From positions 62,001 to 126,000 of the forward strand of contig JAQGDQ010000067.1 in NCBI GenBank assembly GCA_030141605.1: DNA of 64,000 nucleotides, written 5' to 3'. Below the pieces are notes generated by a model. That model searched no databases and was not told the origin of the DNA. It saw nothing but the letters and a program-made list of their open reading frames with translations. Of the stretch, positions 53,967-64,000 are shown piece by piece. Each line of letters opens with the position of its first letter. Within the stretch, counting starts at the first letter, position 1. The stretch comes from Tubiluchus corallicola (lineage: Eukaryota; Animalia; Priapulida). The position numbers and the translations under genes were made by a program.

Positions 53967-54699
53967 CTTTTTCACAAAATTCACCAACGTAGTCGATGAA
54001 GTGACAATTGCAAACAGCGCCGGTGTCAGTGCTCACACAAATTCCTCCGTGAAGACATGGATTTTCAACCTCACAGGCATCTATTTGATTAAATCTGAGA
54101 CCAACGCTATCCACCATTGTAGGCTTCGATTCTTCTGCACCATTGAAATACACAATGTTTCTTATCGAGCCCTCAAAATGTTTTTCGAATACAACCGTAG
54201 GTAACGCCAATGAAGCCAAACGCCGATGAAAGTACTTTGGTAAACCGCCAAAGAAAACATCATTGTTGGTCAATGGATCGCCAAAATTCAGATCCTTGCT
54301 GTCGAACGAAAGAGATTCTCTTCTTGTATTGTCAATATTCACATGGGTTTTTTCATATTCTCTCACTACCTGAACACGGTGCCATAAATAATCGTTGAGG
54401 TCTGAGCCAATTTGGACCGTTTTGGAACCAGTACCAAGATTCATTCGCAAATGAACAGAACCTTTTACAAGCTTGATTTCAAAGAAATCTGACTGGCCAC
54501 TATCGTCGGTGTACATAAGCAACCCATCTCTTTGGTCAGACGTAAACTCAAACGTTAATGAGCCATTCAGCCCAGGTTGCCATTGTGGGAAGCGGGCGTA
54601 TGAGCTATCTGATCCCTCCAGTATAAAAGCGACCACACCTACTTGCTTTTCTACTAATCTAAAGAACAAAATAAGCCACAATCGTGCTGACAGTTCCAT
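53967..54699 (-). CDS. Nrxn: Alpha-neurexin, first coding exon (signal peptide, laminin-G/LNS1, EGF-like 1)
   Basis: ATG at 54699. Hydrophobic N-terminus, then LNS motifs (FILEGSDSSYARFPQW, GLLMYTDD, DFFEIKLVKG, LNDYLWHRVQV, FFGGLP, FEGSIRN) and an EGF repeat (CEVENPCLHGGICVSTDTGAVCNC...YVGEFCEK). Donor AAAG|GTAAAC at 53967/53966, phase 1; the ORF tail beyond it is intronic. Confidence 0.95.
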
Positions 54700-54812
54700 C
54701 ACGTTTCTCTTCTCTTTCTACCCTTTGCTGACCTGTCTTTTTTTGCTCCGTCGTCTTCAGCTTACAAGTATTTCCACTTCATTCTAATCACGTATTTCCT
54801 TAGTATGACTTC
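54700..54812 (-). other. Probable 5' UTR part of the first coding exon, preceded by a splice acceptor
   Basis: Minus strand tttattttctctag|G at 54813/54812, followed by purine-rich sequence up to the ATG; implies an upstream non-coding exon. Confidence 0.5.
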
Positions 54813-56879
54813 CTAGAGAAAATAAATTGACAGTTTCTACGAATACAGGTAATCTACATACTGATAGTGACATGACAGTGAAAAGTCAACAATGGCAAAC
54901 AATTTCAATGTTAAAAATGTTTAAATGCCGAGCACTCTTACAAATGATTTATCTGTCTGCTTTTTATTAATGCGATAGAGTGAACTAGCTATGCGTTGGC
55001 TTATGTGATGTCAGTGGACTTTTGCCTATCTGTGTTTTCGGGGGCAAAAGAATATAAATACAAAATCCGTAAAAACGTTAAGTAAGTTTGTTATAACGAT
55101 GTTGCAGCCGGTGTTACAGAACACCCCCAATGCCGGCAGCACATGTGTCTCCAACTGTTCAGGCCTTCCTGAATGCCAAAAGAACGATGTCGATACATTT
55201 ACTTTATCAATATAATAATATTTATTAATAATATAACATTATATTATTAATATAATAATTTATTAATATAATCAAGTGAATTTTAGATCAAAATAATTAG
55301 GCTTTGCAAAAAACAAGCCTATAAATCAAATCAAATCAAATCAAGAAGCTACAGTAAAAAAAACAATGCGTGTATATAAATACATGTTCAAAGAAATTTA
55401 TTTACTTATTTATTTATTAATTTATTTATACTATCTATTTCGGACATAGTATAATAATTACAGTTCAATTTGTAATAAGACACACACTTAAAGACAATTA
55501 CGCAAATAATAAGTTATTTTGAACAACATACATGTAAATAGTACAATATTAATATTGTATTATAATGTATTTATAGTGTATTGTAATAAATTAGTCAAGT
55601 TAGTATATATAAAGAAAAACAGCCTACAAATTGCACCTGCATCACGAAACATAGAGGACTTGTATAACACATTACAATTCTTCTTTGGGTAAAAAACTCA
55701 TGCATCCAATGCATCAAGCAACAGATTACAAAAAGTAGCTTGGTGATCGCTTACTTGGGACGCCTATATTTTATTTCTATACTAATATAGCAATAGTCAT
55801 TGTGTTTATTATTAGCATATCTCAATTTGAAAGTTTGCATATTGAATCCTAAAACTGATGGTATGTGGCTTGTCTTACAAAATAATTTACCAATGAATTA
55901 TTAGTATTTAGGCATGCTACATAGAACTTCAAAAAGTTGTGACTCAGATCAAGAACTAGGCCGAGAAATTCCACATACATGTGATAGTTAGCAAGTATTT
56001 ATGTGTCGCATTAGGAAGCTGCGATAGTTTCCGAACCCTTAATATTCCAAGCTGTCTATGTTTTGTATACTTTTAGAACCAACTTTCCACATTTGGCACC
56101 CATAAAAGCTAAGGTAGTAGGCGCCAAAAACTTTTTTATTTAAATCATTATTTAGAAAATAGACGCTACTAATTACAGTGTTTGTATTGGAGAATTTATA
56201 TTTATTTTTATTAGTCATTCACGCTCATGAAGTACAGCCAATACGGCAACAGAGAATAACAATAAGTAATAAAAAGGAAAAAAGAAGGAAAAACATCAGG
56301 CAAATTAATGACAACGAAAATTAGTTCAATTTTTCCCTGGGAACTATTTTGTTAATATTTATATTTATTATTTATTCTCAAAAGTTTGTACATAAATACA
56401 TAATGATAGAAAGTATCTGTTTCTGATATTCTTCTTGAATCAGATTTTAATTTTCAGCGAAACAAGTTTTCTGATAAAGAATTTCTTCCGATAAAAAGTC
56501 CAGAAAAACTCGATTTATAGCAGGTAAGCCTATGGCAACGAGAAGCAGAAGAAAAGCGAGTGCTACGATTAAATTGTGGCGTTAAGGAACAAAGACGAGA
56601 GGTCCATAGTTTCTAATCCATAGAAACAGCAGCAAAATAAGGCCACTGTTGTAAATGACCTTCGATGAGCAAGGGAATATGCGGCTCACTCCATATCTGA
56701 CCCAACTAAATTGACAATATGATTGTGCAGTCTGTCAAGTAGGTTAGCTGAGGTACTAATCCAAATGTGACTACAGTTACTGTACTTCAGGCAAGGTCGA
56801 ATGGTGGAACTGAAAAGACACAGCGTAACTTCACGAGTAAGATCACAGGACACAGTGTAATATATAAATGGTCTCCTTT

Positions 56880-57110
56880 TTGTCTGTGAGGTCGTGAGAT
56901 CGTTGCATTACGGAGTCATACCACAGACTCTAAAAATGGTACCTGCTGTTACCCTGCTTGGTGTATGGTCCTTCGGGTAAAAGTGGGGTAATCATATTCT
57001 CTGTTATATAGGTGTAATTTGTTATTACAGTCCTCGATAAAAGCCTCGTGAGTTGCATTGTCTGTTAAGTTTATAGCAGCTCATATATATATAGTTGTTC
57101 CAGCTAAGAT
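56880..57110 (+). mobile_element. Decayed tRNA-type SINE with Meta/MESC-like central domain
   Basis: Degenerate B-box region gaggtcgtgagatcg, then gtcataccacagactctaaaaatggtacctgctgttaccctgcttgg, resembling the conserved GTCATACCAAAGACTTTAAAAATGGTAC SINE core as I recall it. Confidence 0.6.
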
Positions 57111-60100
57111 CAAATCAAGGCCGAAGACTCATCAAAAAAGAGTAAACACCTACATTTATAGTAGCAGCGTATAGGATGACGAAAAAATGTTAGAAGATCG
57201 CCTTTTGGATTTAAAAGTGACTGTAGATGCTCTCTTTAGCGGTTCTCCTTAACAATTAACTCAGCTGCCCAGTTGGTTTTACTATTAGAATACATTACTT
57301 GTAGAATCATTTACAAGAAAGCGTTTTCCCTATATATTAACTGCAATTTGCTTTAAGACGAGTTTCGACAGATTCTAAACCACTATAAGAATTCTTTTTT
57401 GAAAAACAGCATCACTTTCTAACTGCCCTTAACTTGAATAGCTATTGGCCTTTTTGGAGCGTAGAGCGACTTATATACAAAAAAGGTTTAATTAAGAGCA
57501 TAAAACAAATTCATGTATAATTAAAACCTAAAAATACCTCTTAATTCTTAAACTATAACCATGTACATAAGACACAACGGCCTGTTTGAAGTCGCGACGT
57601 TTCGGCAACTACAATTTATTATCTTTCAAAATTATCGGTCAAGCTTAGATATGAACTTAGCTATCAATAACAAATCCGTAGCTTCTTCCCTTTCTTCTTT
57701 TTTCTTCAGAAGCAACAAATATTTGCTAAAATATCAAGTTGAATTTAAAAAAATAGCGATATCAAACTGCTGAAGAGAATAATCAGTATGTTACCTTGCT
57801 TAGTCGATATTCTAATTTGCTGATTTATTCTGATACAGTTAAAACAAAATCAAGCTAAATGTAAAGCTACAAATTAACCTGACTTAGATTAGTCGTAAGT
57901 TTTTTCCTCCCTTTGCTGGAACATTCATTTCCACTTCCGTCTCCGTGCATAATTAAGTATTTAATTAACTATTCCTCATTAATTTGGGAATCAATATTTT
58001 TATTGTGATTTTATAGGTGATAATTCGACGTGTTGAGAATGAGAAAATTTGACTTCGCTGATGTGTATTGAGTCTGTACAACTATTTTGGCTTCAGGCTT
58101 AGCGGTTTTGAAAAGATATGTGAAATTCAACGAACGTTTAACTACGTGCATATTTATAACAAGCTGTAGGCGAAAATATAAGCAAATGGCAGGTAGTACT
58201 TGCAAAATGAGAAACAAAGCACGGTACTCTTTCAACAATTGTAATTCGTTATAATACACAATTAGTTACAACCAGAAGTAAATAGGTTACTTTAAATTAT
58301 TTTAGTCATTGCCATTTGCGCGATTCACGATGATTATGATACACTGTCAGGTTATCGCCGCCAGGGTCCACTTAGTAAATAACATGGTCGGTTCTAACCC
58401 AGGCGTTCCGAGGCCAAGAGCTCTTGTTCAATGCAGGATTGTGCTATCAAGCAGAAATTGGTTTCAGCCAAAGGTTTGTAAAATCCAAAACAAAACAGGA
58501 GAATAGAAAAACTAATGTGAAAAGAGGCACAAAGACTTGTCAGAAAAAATCTTGTATCTTCCATACGTATTGAACTACGGAACAGGTGCTTAGATGGTAC
58601 AGCTGAATCGCTACTAGCAATGGCTTTCTAATGGATTGAACCATCACAACGTAAAGGTGGGTGAAAATAAGCGGCATTTCTTCCATATAACACTACTGAT
58701 GTCTGTGCAAGTGTGCATCTAGAATATTTCTACATCTTACTTTACCTTATGAATAAAAAATTATTTTAATACATGAGAAACACGGTGATAATAACAAAAA
58801 AAGTTTACGATGATAATGCCATCGTGAAAATAGTGAATGATACAAATAAAATTATATTTACTGATGTAATGATGTATTTTGCCTGTGTGGCAAGAAATTA
58901 GAGTTACAAACTGCTGGAGTTATACAGTATACACCTTAAAGAGTTTCCCTATGACAGTAACACACTCCGCTATCTCGATGCTCGTCAAAAGAGACTTTTT
59001 ACTAATTATTACATTCTAGGGAGTAATAAGCACGTGCCATGCTCATGTCATTTCTATGTTACATTAGTAACATTGCTAATAGCATATCTACGCAGTGGCA
59101 TACTACAATCTGTCGCTTTAGCGTCAATAAATAGCGAACTTGTTTGCGAAACTACCCCTGGGAAATCTTTCTTATTCTGCCGTTGCAATTATTATAAGTA
59201 ACTGCAGATGAATGTCAACAAGAAATATTGTAGTAATTTTCTTTGCAAAACTATATGCGTTTACACTGTAGCAAGTAGACTGTACTAGGGAAGCAACTTA
59301 TTTTACTAATGTTGCAAATCGGTGCTGTCGCTGTAATTGCGGAGAAGGATTTCATAAGAATCGTGATTCGGGCACTTGGTGCCAAGCTTTTTCTAGGCCT
59401 TCTTGATTGCATAACTGTGTTCAGCGTGCAATAACAATTATTATTTCACTACATAGTTTTACGTAAACTAAACTCAAATTAAACCAAACCAAAATAAACC
59501 AACTATGTTGTTTACTGATCGCACGCGATCTTTTCGGAATAAATACCAATTTCTATATCGTATCTATATCGTGTATCGAAATATAAGCAAAAAAATCAGC
59601 GCACTCGTGACATTAAAATTAAAGAGGCAATTTTTTTTTTAATTTTTGTTGACAAATTGTTGCACATACGATTCGTTAAATGAGTGGTTGGTGACTTGAG
59701 TTTGGGATAATTAATGGCGCCAATGTGTTTTTCACAAATGTTCGGGATTTATTGTGGGAATGTTTAAAAGAAGCATCAATGATAAATGATTTCGCAAAGG
59801 AAATTGGACAAATGGATAATCACAGAAAAGAATTGGACATATATTCGATTCGAATGAGTCACGGACGTATGCACAAACGATTACTTTCACACCAAAAATC
59901 AGAAAGTCCTGCTACAATGCAAATTGTGTTTTTCGCTCTGACCTCTGGTTTGAAAGCATTTCCTGTAAAATAAGTACAACAAGAGATTTAACCAAATAAG
60001 ATGAATTATTTAGTGCAACTTGGGGCGATTTGCGGGTGTCTGCTGTAGGTAAATTACGTCCTTTCTTTACATGATTCCCGTGCTATTTCGGTTGATTTAA

Positions 60101-63100
60101 GGTGTCTATAAAGTCTATCACTGAATTAATTTAGGAGTGCTGATTTTTTTCATTTACAATTAAATAGCAAATATCACTTTTAATAATATTTTTAGAAGCT
60201 GCGAAATGCAGCTAAATTGGCAGGCTCAAGATATAGAGAGGTGTTGTAATATTCTGGCGCGAGATGTTTTTTATGGGTGGAAACTCTGCTTCATGTTAAA
60301 CACGTTACGACAAAAAACACTCTTCCAATCATCGTAGAATTCCATAAGCATGTGCTTTTGAGTTAGTAGCCCGCTTAAACACTCATGTGTTTACGGAACC
60401 GGACGTTTTAAAGTAAATTTTTTATCGTTAATGCAACAACAAATTTTATAACATAGTGTTATCTCGAGTCCAATTATGCTATATTTACTAGAAATTTAAA
60501 ATTAAAAAAATTAATTAGAAATCTAGTTTCCATGCATTGGAATCAAACTAATTATTTTCATACCAAAAGCATACCGACACGTTTTGTGGTAATAATCAAA
60601 CACTAATTATATTTTTATTATTATGTTTCTTCTTGTCTTGTGGCTGACATTAGAAAAAAAATGAAAAGCTCTTTTACTTCAAAAACTTGAGTGCCTACAG
60701 CTAGAAATCTTAATTACTGAACTACTGAGAATTTATTTGTAACTGATGGTTGGTAACCTGGTACTTTTCATACCTCAGTAAGTAGAGTGCTTATAATGTA
60801 AGCAAATCCTGGATTTACTTCCTGGCTGATAATGATTTTTTTCACTAATCTAAACGAGCTAGCTTAATTTCCGTTGTTTTGTCAAACATAAATACATCAT
60901 TATTCTAACACCGTGTAATTAAGATCACTTTAAAAAAAATTGACAACAGCATGTATTAAAACACGTTTTGCAAACATTTGAGGTACGAGAGTTTGCCCGT
61001 TTAGGGGTAAAGTAAGTGTATGTAAAGCCTATGTAAGTAAAGGTAAGAATCACTGATGCTTAGTGCGCTGGCAACCGATCTCAACGATGAAGTACAACCA
61101 GCAAAGGGGTGGTAGCACAAAAATTCAGTCAATCTGTCGATTGTAACCGAATGTTGTCATAAATCGAGGACTGTCAGTTTCTGAAATGTAAGTAAGGAGA
61201 ATTTTATTTACTATATTTATACTCAGTTGAGGGTTTATGGTCCGCCTAACCGGCTGATAAAGACATACTACCAGTGTAGTTTACAAAATTGTTTATGAGA
61301 TTTTGTATGTTTGCGGTTTTTTCGAGGTCAGTAGTACAAATACTCAAAATCTACCACGAAAGTGTCTCGTCGCTGCGCCGCTTTCACTAAGTCTCTGCAT
61401 GGTATAATGTTTCCAGTTTCATATACGATTCTACAGCGTGAAACAAATTATACTATTTTTTACTTAGGTGTTTATTATTAGTAGTAGCTGTAGCATTTAT
61501 TGTTAAAAATCTTCATATAATGTAAATATAAAAATGAAATTATATTAACATTAACATTTGCATATGACCAGGTCAGAAAACAATAGTGTCCTCACTACTA
61601 ATAGGCTCTCACTCTCATGCTAACCTAAGATGCACAAACATTAGCAACTAAATTAAAAATATATGTAGGCCTGCATGACGTATAGAAATTTGCAAAATAT
61701 ACGCAATACACGGACATGGTCTAAGGTCCATGGGGTATAATTTAAGCTATTTATTACCGATGCAGTATATTTTAGCTACTTGTGACAAAGTTTTTAAGTT
61801 CATTGAAATTTCGGTGTTATATAGCCACTATTGGGAATAGTTTTATTACTTTTATAGTTTTGGACAATTATAATTTTTAAGAAGAATATGTTTTAGTTAA
61901 TTTATTCTTGAAGGAGCAGACAATTTGGGCTATTCAATGTTAGTTGACGGAGGAATTCCAGAGATTTATAGTACATTTACTTAGTGATTGGTGTCTAAAC
62001 TTATTACTCGTTTGTATTTGTTTTAAATCCATTGTTGGACTGTTTAATTGCTTGCTCGAACTAAACGGAATGTTATTATTTATCAATAATACGTTATTTG
62101 AATATTTTTGTACAAACACGAGTTGATTATATAGCAACTGAGATTCGATTATGGGTCTGTTTGAGTGGTAGAACAATTTTTTTCTTGTATATTTTACTCG
62201 AAAAGCCGAAAACACATCTTATTTCATAATTTTGCATTGAGTCGGCTCTGTGAAGCAGAGACCATCAGAGGGCAGTTTTACCATTAAAGTGGTTAATGCT
62301 TAGTCAAAACGACATCATTCCGCATGAAACGATGGAGTCGATTTTTGACTTGCCATCTTGAATTGGCAGACTTTTTAAAAACCGTAGGTACCGTCATTTT
62401 GAAACAGAGCGAAACTTAAAATTTTGCATATTTTAACACACACAGATTTATAATCCACAATCTTGAATTCGGTGAGTCTCTCGACCAATAGTTCCAGCCG
62501 ATTTTATTTTTATACCACAAAATAGTCGACCGCTCGAAATACTGAAGTGGCAAAAATTGTTGTTTAAAGAATGACTTATATAAAAGAATTGGAACCTCAG
62601 AAGCCATTTGTTACTTTTTCATTGTCGCACACCATAATAGATGGGCGTTAATTCCAGCTTCACTGTAATTCCTGAACGAAAAAATAATCACAGATCTGAA
62701 CAGCAGAATTACGCCAGCCTCTTAAAATAGCGCTTTCTTTTAACAATGAACTCGAACTTTGAAACAGTGTACTTAAAATTTACCGAATTTTGTCGTCAAA
62801 ATGTTTTACTGTCAACCACACACAAAAATACGATGCGCATTTCAATTTTTGTGCGCATTGCTTAAAAGAGTGAGCCAGTACTAACTGTTCTTTGCTTATC
62901 ACTTTCTATCATCATGTGTTCTATTTCTTACATTGTCACGACAAAACATGCCATTTACTTAATAAACACATCATAAACATGTACAATTGGAAAATATACA
63001 TGTCGAAATAAACAGTCATCCAATATTAACGCAAATTTAATTAGCAAAAAATCTTGCAATTAAAAACAAAGCACGATCTATGTTTCAAACAATGGCTGTG

Positions 63101-63102
63101 CT

Positions 63103-63455
63103 TTATCGTCAGTGAAATAAAAGAAAAAAGGAAAAATACATAAATTTAATTACTAATACTATTTTTTGTTTTTGGAGGGTTACATAATTTTCACAAGAAA
63201 CGCTACACTTCATATGGGATGCAGTCGTATGTTAAAATCCACACGCACCGCAAATAAAACACAAGGAAAAACACAGAAGTAGAAAACAAAATCACTGGTC
63301 ACAATCACAGTAACTAGGAGAGAGACATACAACTTGAGATTCTATGCCAGAGACTCATGGAAAAGAGTTGCCAATCAGAGTTGTAAAAAATAAACTAAAA
63401 TTTAGTATTAGTAACTTTATTTGGTTTTTCTGTATTTTTTTCATCTGATGATAAA
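63103..63455. mobile_element. Degenerate AT-rich inverted-repeat element
   Basis: ttatcgtcag...ttactaatacta versus tagtattagtaa...ctgatgataa. Confidence 0.4.
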
Positions 63456-64000
63456 CAACAGCGGTGATTTAAAATGACGTCGTGAAGTAATTTGTTTCAA
63501 CAGATTTCATATGCCATAACGCAAAATTTAGTATTCAAGGCTAACATTAACCTGAATCATAGTTAATGAATTAAATGTCTGTTGCATACATTTTACCTTG
63601 AATACTGTAAAGAAACTGAAATTCACCGCTCCTCTTTGTATGCAAACAGGGGTGCCTAAATATTTACATTCTATTTCTCCGATTAACCTATTTTTGTTGC
63701 CTTGTACTTGTTTAGTGAAGACATTTTCACTGTGAAAAGATCCCACTATGCAGACAACACATGCAATGGCGAGGCAGAGTAACAATGATGACTATGACCG
63801 ACAATGATGGAGGTACAAAAGAACGAACAATACGTATATACGTATGCAGAATGACGGCGACAATGACAAGAGCAATAGCTGTAAAACTGTCTAATAACAG
63901 CAACACAATTATTGTTGTACCTGTAAAAATAACCTGCAAGTAGACATATTTTACTATATCTCGTACTATCTCTTTACTACATCTACTGTTGCCTGCTACT

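Noticed and set aside
63528-63943. Overlapping short ORFs near the window end
   Set aside because: Low-complexity sequence with no recognisable domain or splice support.

Overview
This is AT-rich animal genomic DNA (an invertebrate bilaterian; the species cannot be determined), not prokaryotic. The window holds the 5' part of one alpha-neurexin gene on the minus strand. Three coding exons join in frame through canonical GT-AG sites: 54699-53967 (signal peptide, LNS1, EGF), 13861-13715 and 12447-12287 (LNS2). They are separated by a ~40.1 kb and a ~1.3 kb intron, and the gene continues beyond position 1. Almost everything else is decayed, often nested mobile DNA. The main elements are: two Penelope-like retroelements, each bracketed by inverted terminal repeats that carry minimal hammerhead ribozyme motifs and each inserted with a TSD into an older LINE; a 5S-rRNA-headed SINE with an RTE-like body and tail and a TSD; a solo LTR; several CR1/L2-type LINE remnants; an SGNH-esterase ORF1 remnant; a Gypsy pol remnant; Academ-like and piggyBac-type DNA elements; MITEs; and microsatellites. 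Most short ORFs in the track are spurious or are TE fragments. I see no convincing wholly new system. The best leads are the hammerhead-bearing inverted-repeat Penelopes inside the neurexin pre-mRNA, the 5S/RTE SINE, and candidate alternative splicing at the position of vertebrate neurexin splice site 2. TE boundaries without a TSD or TIR are approximate, and TE family calls come from motif recognition, not database searches.
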